A stretch of DNA of 64,000 nucleotides from an uncultured virus (IMG/VR IMGVR_UViG_2061766007_000025) (IMGVR_UViG_2061766007_000025), one strand, 5' to 3'. Numbered from the stretch's first letter, positions 9,474 to 19,610 are shown. Made by a program: numbers and translations. Notes: generated from the sequence alone by a model not told the origin.

Positions 9474-10340
9474 TTAACGTAATTTGATTTTCATACCACG
9501 AATTGCCCACACCTTATTATTGTCTTCATTGAGTAAATATGTGCCACAAAGTACTAGATATGCTTTATCTTTGAATTCATTGTATATCTCTCGATCTATT
9601 TCTTTAGTTATATAGACTTTTACTTTTCCTCGTTTAAAATCTATATGCTCTACGACACCTATTGTATTACTCATTTTAACAGTATAATCATTATCATCTT
9701 GATTGCCAATTACATACAACATATCATTATCATATAAATAATGAAGACTTTTATCTTCCATTACTAGCCGCTTAAATTCAGCTTTAGATAATGACACGTT
9801 ATTATATTTAAAATTTAATGGTAAGTATATAATATGTTTTTGTCTCAAGCAATATTTTATAGCATCTTCTAAGCATTGCCCGCTATATATTTGCTTATAT
9901 AAAGAGCCATAATTGATATTAAAACGCCTTGCAATATCTGTATATGTTCCTGTATATTCATTATCTGTACCTTTATATACAGTATGTTTTGCTGTATGTC
10001 TTCTGCTACCTCTTATTGCTTCTTCTAGAGTATAATTAAATCTAGTAACTCTTTGTATGATCTTATAATACTCTATATTAAAATGCTTAGCTATTTCAAT
10101 ATATGTACCAGTAAATTCTTCATCAGTACCTTTAAATACAGTAAACTTATTTTTATAACCAATCTTATTTATAGCATCTTCTACGCATTCTGGTGTATGA
10201 TGAGGAAGTTTACTATCTTTTACTCTTTGATATAAAGTCTTATATTCTAAGCCAAAATGATCGGCTAATTGAACATAGTTGCCGGTAAATTCTTCATCAG
10301 TACCTTTAAATACTGTAATTATATGACCTTTTCTTCCCAT
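9474..10340 (-). CDS. Putative DNA-binding protein with three tandem HTH-like repeats
   Basis: Three copies of TV(F/Y)KGTD(E/N)E(F/Y)TGxYxxIAxxFxIxYxxLxxR...LE(D/E)AI. Confidence 0.6.
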   Translation of the reverse strand: MGRKGHIITVFKGTDEEFTGNYVQLADHFGLEYKTLYQRVKDSKLPHHTPECVEDAINKIGYKNKFTVFKGTDEEFTGTYIEIAKHFNIEYYKIIQRVTRFNYTLEEAIRGSRRHTAKHTVYKGTDNEYTGTYTDIARRFNINYGSLYKQIYSGQCLEDAIKYCLRQKHIIYLPLNFKYNNVSLSKAEFKRLVMEDKSLHYLYDNDMLYVIGNQDDNDYTVKMSNTIGVVEHIDFKRGKVKVYITKEIDREIYNEFKDKAYLVLCGTYLLNEDNNKVWAIRGMKIKLR

Positions 10341-10343
10341 AAA

Positions 10344-11213
10344 TTACCTCTTTAATTTATCCATATACTTAGACATCTTCTCATGTATTTTCTTTAACTT
10401 AAGATATTGATTTTCTGCTGAAGCTAAGCTAGAGCTTAATGAACTAAATATAAGATCTGATAAAATATATTCAGCACATATTAAAGCATCTTCCTCTGTA
10501 GTTACATTTTCTGGAAATTTAGCTTTTCTATCTAACTTTCTTGCTGTTGATGGTGGATAATCCATTATTTCATATGAATACTTACCTTCTTGGTTGTATA
10601 TCATTATTTTAGCACAGCAAGTCTTATTATTAGATAATTTTGCTGTTACAAAGATATCATTTTCTACATAACAATTTCTAGCTATATAGAATTCTACAGT
10701 TCCATCATATAAACTATAGTGTGTAGATTTACCCTTCATAGGTTTATTATTATAAGTAGCAGCATCGATAAGATCTGGTCTATATGGATGAGAACAAATA
10801 TCTCGAAGAGCATAATGAGTTGCACGCATGAATTCATCTGTAATTTGAACCATAGAATATTCAAATAATGATGCACCATTATATCTATTGATATCTTTTT
10901 TAGTTAGCATTATTTTTTGTTCTTTTCCACTATAATAATGTAATTTTAATGATTTATTTTTAGTATCATAATCAGTAAATGTTGCTACATAGTTACCAGA
11001 ATTTTTTCCATTTATTGATCTATATAAATTACAAGTACAATCATAATTTAAACCATATGGTCTAAACTTAAAATAAACAGTTGCTGCTTCCATTTGATTT
11101 TTATAATAGAATTCTGCAGATATATTTAAAGTACCATATGGTGTATACTTAGTGTATATATCATATAATTTATTACATTCTTTCTCTTTACCAAAAAATG
11201 AAACAGTATCCAT
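10344..11213 (-). CDS. Hypothetical protein (289 aa)
   Basis: AAGGAG RBS; long ORF. Confidence 0.7.
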   Translation of the reverse strand: MDTVSFFGKEKECNKLYDIYTKYTPYGTLNISAEFYYKNQMEAATVYFKFRPYGLNYDCTCNLYRSINGKNSGNYVATFTDYDTKNKSLKLHYYSGKEQKIMLTKKDINRYNGASLFEYSMVQITDEFMRATHYALRDICSHPYRPDLIDAATYNNKPMKGKSTHYSLYDGTVEFYIARNCYVENDIFVTAKLSNNKTCCAKIMIYNQEGKYSYEIMDYPPSTARKLDRKAKFPENVTTEEDALICAEYILSDLIFSSLSSSLASAENQYLKLKKIHEKMSKYMDKLKR

Positions 11214-11533
11214 ATTTTTATCTCCTTTTTTATTAATATCATTTGTTTTTATTTGTTACTATTTGTAGGAGCCCGAGATTTCGTGCAATTACAGCACTAA
11301 TATATTAAAATTAGGCATTTTAAGTTATATTCCAGTATAGTCCTACGGAAAACTTATTTTAAACGCTTAAAATGCGAAAAATTCATCTGTTGACTTTTCA
11401 GCCAACAGATGAAAGTATATGTGAATCCTAACTTAGAACAATCATAATATAATAGATATAATAGTGTTTTTATAAGTGATTTGCAATATTCCACCCACAT
11501 CACATTATTATTATATATAATCAATTTATATTA

Positions 11534-12211
11534 TTATTCCGTCACATCCAATAGCTCAGAATAATATGGTAAAGACTTAGCCCAGTTAATGAAATCTTCA
11601 CTCCATTCTCTTAACTTATGACCAGATCTTTGATGAATCATATTTATTACATTCTCATAGTTCATAGTAACCGTTCTCGTTTGTAACCATCCCTGTGGTA
11701 ACCATCTTACTAATTCTCTCCAATACTTCTTATCCTTAGTACTATTATATTTAGCCATTAATGCATTGAGAAATTCAATATAATATGCTACATAAGATGT
11801 AGTTTTAATTTCACCATTATCATCTTTAATATCCATAGTAAACTCAGGTTCTGATAATACAGATAAAGTATCTTCATCTAATTCAAATCTACTAAAATCT
11901 ATAGGTGAAGAAGTAAGTTTATGCATAGTAGATGTAGAATTAGCTACAGTTCCTACTTTGTAAGTATCAAATTCCTTATACCAAAAAATAGGTGCAGTAA
12001 TATCTACAGAAATAAATATCTGTCTTAAGAACTTTCTATGTTCTGAACCAGCTTTGATTAGTTTTCTAGCAAGTTCTTTATCTTTTTCTCCTAAGATAAA
12101 TACATGGTTTGTATCTATCTTACTATCAGATTTATCCCAAGACTCTAATGGATTTCTCATACCTCTTATGGCATTCTCAATATTAAATACATGAGTATTT
12201 TCAAACTTCAT
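11534..12211 (-). CDS. ThyX-like (flavin-dependent thymidylate synthase fold) protein
   Basis: L..AG.EH.KFLR.I......I.AP..W..E..TY....NS.STMH and LP..W.Q.R....NY.N......R..H...EW resemble phage ThyX-like proteins; start moved to 12211 by the GGAGG RBS and promoter at 12237-12250. Confidence 0.6.
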   Translation of the reverse strand: MKFENTHVFNIENAIRGMRNPLESWDKSDSKIDTNHVFILGEKDKELARKLIKAGSEHRKFLRQIFISVDITAPIFWYKEFDTYKVGTVANSTSTMHKLTSSPIDFSRFELDEDTLSVLSEPEFTMDIKDDNGEIKTTSYVAYYIEFLNALMAKYNSTKDKKYWRELVRWLPQGWLQTRTVTMNYENVINMIHQRSGHKLREWSEDFINWAKSLPYYSELLDVTE

Positions 12212-12236
12212 AAATAAACCTCCTACGGTATAATAA

Positions 12237-12250
12237 ATTATAGTATTGTC
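12237..12250 (-). promoter_or_regulatory. AR9-type late promoter motif
   Basis: GACA-ATACTA-TAAT on the minus strand. Confidence 0.5.
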
Positions 12251-12284
12251 AGTATTCATGTAATAATTGACTATCTACAGGTTG

Positions 12285-12298
12285 AACATCTTAATAAT
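12285..12298 (+). promoter_or_regulatory. AR9-type late promoter motif
   Basis: AACA-TCTTAA-TAAT upstream of 12343. Confidence 0.65.
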
Positions 12299-12342
12299 CA
12301 TAATATGGGCAGTATTATAACATTAAGGAGGTCTAAATAGAT

Positions 12343-13551
12343 ATGGAAAACAACTTTTCTTTAATAGAATCCATAGAGAAACTGGAATCTGTTTTTCTTA
12401 ATATTTTATATCTTAAACCGGAAGAATTATTAGTAGCTCCTAATATTAACCATCTTACCAATATCAAGAATGCTTTAAATGAAATCTTTAAAGATATTAT
12501 GTGTACTGATGTTATTTATACATTAAATACAGATAAAACTCAATTCTTGATTAAGATTAATCCTGCTATTACAGGAGCAGATGCATTAAAGATTCTTACT
12601 ACAGATGATGATGTTAAGTTTGATAAATATCAGGTAGAGTTTGATTCTAAATTGTTTGATGTCAGCTTATCTGCTAAAGAATTAGCAGCATTTACAGTAT
12701 ATGAGATTTCATCTATGGTAAATTCTAAGACAAGTGTTAATGATGTAAGAGCTTTAATAGATTTACATGTATTAGCAGATGATGATATTATTCATATTAG
12801 AGATTCTATTAATTATTCACAGCTTATAGTATTTGCTATTAAGGATACATTATTTAAAGTATCATCATTAATGTTTAAAGATGATCCAGAAGATATATTA
12901 CTTAATACTTATATTCAGAATGCAGAATTAGGCGATGATGCTATAGCAGCACAGCAGAGATTGGTAGAAGCTGGATTAATCGGCAATGATTCCTTTAAAT
13001 CTCCTAAAACATATATCTTAAAATGGATGTTTATGGTATATAAGGATATGGCTCATAATGCTAGAATGATTAAAGAAACTCTTAAAGAAGCTAAAGAGTT
13101 TACAGCTTCTGTATTAGAGAAACAGGAAATAGATAAAACATTATCAGCTATTGATAGAATTGATATTCAGTCAGTAGTAGAAAACTGTAGTCTTAAATCA
13201 TTTATAGAAAGTAAAGGTTTATATTCATTAAATGAATTATCATTATTCAAATCTTTAAAAGCTAAAGGATTACGTGGAATAGAAGATGACCTTTATGAAT
13301 ATACATTAAAAGTTAAGACATGTGATATAGAAGATGAAGCTGTATTTGTACTTAGAGGAATTAATTCTAGATTAAGTATTCTTGAAGACTATATCTATAA
13401 TACAGATCTTTCTGAATCTGAAAGAAAGAAATGGGAAGCTGTAGCTGCAGAATATAGAAAGCTTAGAGAGAATTTAGTAAAAAATAAAATTAAGAAGCAG
13501 AAATCTTATGGATTATTCTTTGACTATAGTGCATTAGATAACTTAGATTAA
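12343..13551 (+). CDS. Probable virion structural protein (402 aa)
   Basis: Late promoter, AAGGAGG RBS and own terminator; LNE/VVE motifs. Confidence 0.5.
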   Translation: MENNFSLIESIEKLESVFLNILYLKPEELLVAPNINHLTNIKNALNEIFKDIMCTDVIYTLNTDKTQFLIKINPAITGADALKILTTDDDVKFDKYQVEFDSKLFDVSLSAKELAAFTVYEISSMVNSKTSVNDVRALIDLHVLADDDIIHIRDSINYSQLIVFAIKDTLFKVSSLMFKDDPEDILLNTYIQNAELGDDAIAAQQRLVEAGLIGNDSFKSPKTYILKWMFMVYKDMAHNARMIKETLKEAKEFTASVLEKQEIDKTLSAIDRIDIQSVVENCSLKSFIESKGLYSLNELSLFKSLKAKGLRGIEDDLYEYTLKVKTCDIEDEAVFVLRGINSRLSILEDYIYNTDLSESERKKWEAVAAEYRKLRENLVKNKIKKQKSYGLFFDYSALDNLD

Positions 13552-13559
13552 AAAATAAA

Positions 13560-13586
13560 CCCGATGGAGTAATAAGCTCCATCGGG
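13560..13586. terminator. Bidirectional terminator
   Basis: CCCGATGGAG-TAATAAG-CTCCATCGGG flanked by A and T runs. Confidence 0.85.
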
Positions 13587-13595
13587 ATTTTATTT

Positions 13596-13868
13596 TTATA
13601 TATCTTTATCTAGATACATATAATCAGGTACATATAATTTAGATTCATCATTTTTGTTTTGCTCAAATATATTAATAGCATCTTCACATTTTAATGTAAT
13701 ATTTATTCTTTCGCTATCATACATAATTAAAATGCCTTTAATCTGATCTATTGTACTGATTAGATCTGTTTCCTCATTAAATATCTTTTTGATATTTTCT
13801 ATAGTTCTATTTGCTAATTTGGAAACTTCTCTATCATATTTTTCTTTAATATGTTCTTCTGTAAGCAT
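13596..13868 (-). CDS. Hypothetical protein (90 aa)
   Basis: Operon-packed ORF. Confidence 0.6.
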   Translation of the reverse strand: MLTEEHIKEKYDREVSKLANRTIENIKKIFNEETDLISTIDQIKGILIMYDSERINITLKCEDAINIFEQNKNDESKLYVPDYMYLDKDI

Positions 13869-13871
13869 AAT

Positions 13872-14078
13872 TTAGCCTTTCTTTTTATTAAATATAGATT
13901 TTACTCTTTCTAATAAAGGTTGCTTAGCCTTTGGAGTATCCCTGCGCATATAACAATTATAGTCCTTGTTATAAAACCATCTATCATCTTCTAATAAATC
14001 TTTTTCTAACTCTGGATTATTATCTAATGTCTCTACAACAGGTATTTCACATTCCTCTTTATATTCTTCTTTTGTCAT
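13872..14078 (-). CDS. Hypothetical protein (68 aa)
   Basis: AAGGAG RBS; operon-packed. Confidence 0.6.
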   Translation of the reverse strand: MTKEEYKEECEIPVVETLDNNPELEKDLLEDDRWFYNKDYNCYMRRDTPKAKQPLLERVKSIFNKKKG

Positions 14079-14352
14079 ACATTAGACTCCTTGATCTAGA
14101 TAAAACTAATTACCACTAGTTCCATATGTAGACTGATCGTTATCATCATCATCATCTTTGAAGTTGATTTTGAACTCTAACATTCTCAATGCCCTCCCTC
14201 TTTTGTAGTTTTATTATATATTTTAAGATTTATATANNNNNNNNNNNNNNNNNNNNNNNNNNNNNNNNNNNNNNNNNNNNNNNNNNNNNNNNNNNNNNNN
14301 NNNNNNNNTTTTATCCTAGTATTATTCTAAGATTTTGGGCAGTAATTATATA

Positions 14353-14850
14353 CTAGTTTTTCGAATAATCGTTTCTAGTACTAAAATAAAAATCTCCAGA
14401 ATTTAAATAATCATAATGATCTTCATTATAATTATCTCTTTGGAACCATAATATATCTCTTGGTTCTCCAAATGGATTTGCAGATATGGCATTAAAGCAC
14501 GCAAATTCTGTAGTATCACTTGGAAAATCTGTATACTCCGGAACTAATTCACTAATTGAATTTGCAAATTCATCATCAAGAATACGATAAATCATAACTC
14601 TTGCTATAAGAGTTTTAGTTTCAATATTCTGATCATCAGCAATATCTCTAACATATGCACATAATAATTTAAAATCATGTACAGATATTTCTATTCCAGC
14701 CCATGGAATAGCATATGTTTCTTCAGCTTCAGTATCAGACTTTGTTTCTGTTTGTGGCACTGATCCACATGCTGTTATTATGCTAATAAGCATACCAATT
14801 AGCAGCATCATTGTAATCCCTTTTAATACATTTTGTTTGATCATTTTCAT
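14353..14850 (-). CDS. Lipoprotein with a degenerate SleB/Hydrolase_2-like domain
   Basis: Signal peptide with ITAC-G lipobox; 'KLLCAYVRDIA..Q..ETK.LIA.V..YR..D.EF.NSI.E' and 'LWF...GDFYFS' follow the SleB pattern. Confidence 0.55.
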   Translation of the reverse strand: MKMIKQNVLKGITMMLLIGMLISIITACGSVPQTETKSDTEAEETYAIPWAGIEISVHDFKLLCAYVRDIADDQNIETKTLIARVMIYRILDDEFANSISELVPEYTDFPSDTTEFACFNAISANPFGEPRDILWFQRDNYNEDHYDYLNSGDFYFSTRNDYSKN

Positions 14851-14960
14851 AATTTTTGCTCCTTTATATAATTATAATATTTTTGGCATATTATTATATG
14901 CCTTTTACACTATTATTATATATAAAAGAAAAATCATATTCTTACAATAATGATAAAAAT

Positions 14961-14989
14961 ACCCACTAGGAAGATTATTCCTAGTGGGT
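14961..14989 (-). terminator. Terminator after primase
   Basis: ACCCACTAGGAA-GATTA-TTCCTAGTGGGT with an adjacent A run (U run on minus). Confidence 0.8.
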
Positions 14990-16035
14990 TAATTCATTTG
15001 TATTATTCCTTCTTCGATATTACTTAATGGTACACCGAAATCTTTTTCTCCAAATTTAAGATTTCTATGTATATAAAACGGGAAGTTTAAAGATCTTAAA
15101 AAGTTAGATACTTTTCTCATCTTCTGTGAGCTTCCTGCATCATCATTATCACCATATATATGTACTTCTGCATATGGTATTTTAAATGTAGTTATAAAAT
15201 ACATAATCTGTCCTAGATAATTAGAACCTGCTATACTTGTATATATTCCAGGCTCTCTATGCCTAAGATTAAGATATATACTTAATATGTCGAATGGACC
15301 TTCGGCTATATGTATTTTAAGCGTAGATGGATTAGCAAAATTTATAGTACTAGGTATGGTATAAAATCTTTGTGTAGTATCAAATTTATCTACAATCTTA
15401 TAGTTAATATACCTTTTATCTATTACAGGATTTACTATACCATCTATACATGTTCTTCTCATATTTAGAAATGCTCCGTCTATAGATAAGAATCCTATAA
15501 ATCTGTCATTCAATTGGTCTGATATAGACTTATCTCTTGTTAGCTTTGTAATATTATTATAGTTTAATAAATCGTATAGATTTATAACCACCTTTAGCTG
15601 TATCAAATCCATGTATGTTAATGTAGTTCCCAATCTATCATTAATATATTTTAACTTATGTCTACTAATATCACTATCACTTATATACCCATTTATGATA
15701 TTATAGACTTTAAAATCAAAGAATTTACTATTACTAGCTTTACCGGAACAATTCTTATTATGATTAACTAAATCTATAGCTACTGCCTCATCAAAGATGT
15801 TCCATTCTATTAGTTTCTCATAAGTTACTAAACCTCTACAATTACATTTATGACACCAATATAATGATGGACTATACTCATCTTTAGGGATAGATATATA
15901 AAAATGTCCTATATTTCTTGGATCTCTACTATCTGGACATTCTCTACATCTACATTGTATTTCATTGCCTCCAGATACCAATTTAGCCCCTGGTATCATA
16001 TGTAATAAGAAGTCTTTATACCTCTTTACATCCAT
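14989..16035 (-). CDS. DNA primase (Zn finger + TOPRIM)
   Basis: CRCREC..H...CHKC zinc-binding region; TOPRIM motifs IAEGPFD and YGDND. Confidence 0.85.
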   Translation of the reverse strand: MDVKRYKDFLLHMIPGAKLVSGGNEIQCRCRECPDSRDPRNIGHFYISIPKDEYSPSLYWCHKCNCRGLVTYEKLIEWNIFDEAVAIDLVNHNKNCSGKASNSKFFDFKVYNIINGYISDSDISRHKLKYINDRLGTTLTYMDLIQLKVVINLYDLLNYNNITKLTRDKSISDQLNDRFIGFLSIDGAFLNMRRTCIDGIVNPVIDKRYINYKIVDKFDTTQRFYTIPSTINFANPSTLKIHIAEGPFDILSIYLNLRHREPGIYTSIAGSNYLGQIMYFITTFKIPYAEVHIYGDNDDAGSSQKMRKVSNFLRSLNFPFYIHRNLKFGEKDFGVPLSNIEEGIIQMN

Positions 16036-16041
16036 ATCATT

Positions 16042-16524
16042 TTAGTTATTTTCTTCATATAATCTATACTTATCTTTTACGATATTATAAGATATCAAAT
16101 CAGAATATAACTCTTCCTCCTGATATAATTCTGTTAATCTAATTACATATACTGTAATTCCTCTTACATTACACTGAATTGTAGATTTAAGCTTTACTGC
16201 AGGAGGAGAGATCTTATCTGCTATAAAAGATTTCATCTCTCTATATACAGTATATTTCATTAGATTAGAAATATTAACTAGCTCTTGCTCTTCATTAAAA
16301 ACATCTTTTATCTTCTTAAAGAGTTCGAAACTATCTTGAGGGATATAGATACATGTATCGCCATAGTTCCTTATACATATATATTTCACACTAGAATTTT
16401 CTAATGTGGTATTATAAGTATACTCAGCAGCTTTTACAATATGTTGTGTTATATCCCAGCTATTTTCGGGTAGTCCGCTATTAAGATACCAAGACACTAG
16501 CTTGTCTAGAAGTTTCTTCCGCAT
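16042..16524 (-). CDS. Hypothetical protein (about 160 aa)
   Basis: Start revised from 16647 to the ATG at 16524, because a hairpin (16580-16605) and promoter motif CACA-ATATAA-TAAT (16552-16565) lie within the ORF-track N-terminus. Confidence 0.55.
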   Translation of the reverse strand: MRKKLLDKLVSWYLNSGLPENSWDITQHIVKAAEYTYNTTLENSSVKYICIRNYGDTCIYIPQDSFELFKKIKDVFNEEQELVNISNLMKYTVYREMKSFIADKISPPAVKLKSTIQCNVRGITVYVIRLTELYQEEELYSDLISYNIVKDKYRLYEENN

Positions 16525-16648
16525 AATATATACCACATCCTTTCTATTATGATTATTATATTGTGTGGAGGCAAGACCTGGGATAATACTTATCGTATTA
16601 TCCCAAGTTTTGACTAATTGAAGAAAATACCTAGAAGGTGAAAACAAG

Positions 16649-18709
16649 CTAAATTAATAAAATATATAGTAATGCTTCTTCTATAATAATATCAGTCTCT
16701 ACATTGATAGGTTTACCATGCATAGCCCCTGCATATTTTATAGGTTCTCCATTACAACCTGGCCTCATTTCTGTATTATTCTTATCAAAATCTATAATAC
16801 GGAAACTACTTGTAATTATAGTAGCTATAGTTCCAAGTATCTGTCTTTGAATCTTATCATTCTTATATTTATCCAGTGTTAATTGATAATACTGGGATGC
16901 TTCCATCTTTACTTGCTCTTTCTTATTAAGAGTTTTTCTAGATGCAATCTTATCAACTTTAGATGATATGATATAAGGTAAAAATCCCATCATATTATCT
17001 TTAAGTATCTTCTTAGCAGCTAGCATAAGTTTAATATAATCAATACTATTAATAGCATTAGGAGAAGAAGTATCTCCAAAATACTTATAGAAAAGATTAA
17101 ATACTAGTTGCTTCTGAAATCCATTCATGATTTCACCATTATCATTTCTAAGTTCATGCATATAGAAATTAATTTCATCCTTATCAAAAGGACCCCACTG
17201 TCTTTCTATAATTTCCATAACTTTTTGACAATTAAACTTAGATTGTAAGAATATAGCTTCATCGGCTTTAACAAGATTGGCTTCGTATTTCCTTACATGT
17301 TCACATAAGCTCGTTACACTTATGCGGTTCTCTTATGAACTCCTTCATATCTCTATGAAGAGCAGACTATATCATTATCTCATTATTAAATGAGACAGCT
17401 CCCATTTCCATTTAAAGCGACTTACGTAGATCTAAATACTGCGCTACCACTTGGCTGTACCCTACTCACTTCTCATATATAAATTTCTTTATATATAATG
17501 CTTTCGTTAGTCGTTGAACCTTACCCTTTCGGATCTTGGCTGCTGATTATCCATTTTTACGTACTTTGACCTAGAAGATTACATCTAGCATTTCCATCAC
17601 TAAATAATAAACCTACTATCAACCAAGTTCTAGAAAGCTTGGCTCCACCCGTTTGCTACGAGCAGACTTAGTATAATAACCTTATTTTTAATGCTTTAGG
17701 ACTTCCCAGCAATTAAAGAGCTTTTAACTACATATCACTATGTAGCTGGACTATTACGTCAATCCAGATCTGAAGCACTATCTTCACCATCTCCTGGTGC
17801 TGAACTTAAAGGTATATAGTTATATTCATATGCTATATCTGTTACAGAGAATTTATTACTCTTCTGTATAGAAGTATAATTTAAACTAACCATATTCTGA
17901 TTAAATGCATATTTAGGCATAATGTTTAAGATTATATTTCTTACAGCTTGCATAGAATGAGTAACTACATCTTTACCTCTAATATCTTGTTTTGACCATA
18001 TTACTGCATTATTCTTAGCATTTCTGTTTACATTACTTATTGCTGTTTGATAAAGTTTACTAGATATATCCATATTTGCAAACTCTTGATAATAAAGAAT
18101 ATCATCAAATACATCTAGTATGAAATCATCTATATTTTGTATTCGTCTAGAATATGCAAAATGAGTTATAAGTGGAATACATAGATTCATAAATATACTC
18201 ATAGCTAATAATGTCTTAGCATGTTCATCTGTATATTGAAGCTGTGGGTTATTTATAGACTTATATGATAAACTAAGACTATAATTATATTCTACCATAG
18301 CTCTTATCTTTGCACATAGACTAGGCTGTATTATATATCTTCTTACATCATAAATGAAGTTCTCTTTTTTATATTCCTTTGTATAAACATCTAATAGATA
18401 TTTTATTTTCGCTAAGTTAGTATAATATTCTTTGTCTTCATCAAAGAATCTCTCAAAGTAATTCACGTACTGACAATAATGGTTCCTCAAGTCATCAGAG
18501 TTATATGACTTCTTAGGATTAACCATAAAATAGTTAATACTTATACCTGCATCTTCAGATAGATGAAAGTAACTATTTAGATTTGCTATAATGATATTTT
18601 TAGAATTTGTAAAAAGTATGTCCTCATGTTGAGGTATCCATTCATCTACGAATGGTATATTAGTTTTTGTGTCGCCCATAATCTTTAAGAACTCCTTTAT
18701 AGATTTCAT
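16649..18709 (-). CDS. Intron-split gene, exons 18709-17762 and 17290-16649 (529 aa); candidate sigma-like promoter-specificity subunit of the non-virion RNAP (AR9 gp226-like)
   Basis: Removing the intron fuses ...DSASDLD|KYEANLVKADE... in frame. Function is inferred from size and position two genes from the chaperonin (AR9 gp228/gp226). Confidence 0.55.
17291..17761 (-). ncRNA. Group I intron (471 nt, no ORF)
   Basis: Core elements P AATTGCTGGGAA, Q AATCAGCAGCCAAG, R GTTCAACGACTA, S GATATAGTC; P1 CTGGAT/GTCCAG with U.G; terminal G restores the frame. Confidence 0.92.
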
Positions 18710-18725
18710 ATATATAATATATTAT

Positions 18726-19523
18726 CTATTTTCTTTTTACTGATCTGGTTCTTTTGGTCGTTTTTGCATTTCCATTAGCTGAATTTTTAATCTTTGATAC
18801 GCTCTTAGTAGTTCTAATCTGTAGTCTACTCATATCTGTATCACTATTTGTATACTTCTTAATATTACGAAGTGTGGTTTGATCTACTTCTATCTTTTTA
18901 CGAGTAGATACTTTAGCTCCTTCTTCTTGTCTTTTTCTTATCTTATCATCTGCAGGTTCTATATGATTCATTAAGAATGCTGGATCTAAATCTCTACACT
19001 CTGTTTTAAATCTTGCAATTCTATTTAACTTTTTAGATTTCATTAATAGATATGCAAAATATAATGCTTTAACATATCCTACATCATTAGTAGGATTCTT
19101 TTCTTTAGCATCTTGGGTTAAAGCTTGTCTGCTCATCTTGCCAGATAATTCTTTTATAAAAAGATTATTTTTAGCAAAAGCATGAGCATAAGTAAATACA
19201 AAGGCAGGATCATTACTATAAACTTTCATATTATAGTCAAATAAATCATCTCCGCCACCTTTACTAGCATTAGCACTAAACTTAAATACTACATCATAGT
19301 AGAACCTCTTTACAACTTCAGAAGGTACCTTAATGTATGCCCAGTATTCATTATTCTTATGATTATAGAATAAATGGTATTCTATTTTACCATTTTCTCT
19401 TAGAAGTATATTATCAAACTTCTTACTATATCTAACTCTAAGAATTTCTCTTGTAGAAGCATTCAATACAGCATTATACCTACCCATAGGATTCTTAATA
19501 TAATCATTTAATGTCATATCCAT
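18726..19523 (-). CDS. Hypothetical protein with a basic C-terminal tail
   Basis: AAGGAGG RBS supports the start at 19523; the ORF-track start at 19586 lies inside the GroEL terminator. Confidence 0.7.
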   Translation of the reverse strand: MDMTLNDYIKNPMGRYNAVLNASTREILRVRYSKKFDNILLRENGKIEYHLFYNHKNNEYWAYIKVPSEVVKRFYYDVVFKFSANASKGGGDDLFDYNMKVYSNDPAFVFTYAHAFAKNNLFIKELSGKMSRQALTQDAKEKNPTNDVGYVKALYFAYLLMKSKKLNRIARFKTECRDLDPAFLMNHIEPADDKIRKRQEEGAKVSTRKKIEVDQTTLRNIKKYTNSDTDMSRLQIRTTKSVSKIKNSANGNAKTTKRTRSVKRK

Positions 19524-19559
19524 AGCTGTATAACCTCCTTCATAATTTATCGAGACTTT

Positions 19560-19590
19560 CTGGGTGGAGCATTTACATAACTCCACCCAG
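19560..19590 (-). terminator. Hairpin after the chaperonin gene
   Basis: CTGGGTGGAG...CTCCACCCAG inverted repeat. Confidence 0.7.
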
Positions 19591-19610
19591 TATATGTATT
19601 ATCTAAATGT

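Noticed and set aside
14109..14183. 24-codon minus-strand ORF MLEFKINFKDDDDNDQSTYGTSGN with a GGAGG RBS
   Set aside because: Possibly a real peptide, but too short to support from sequence alone.
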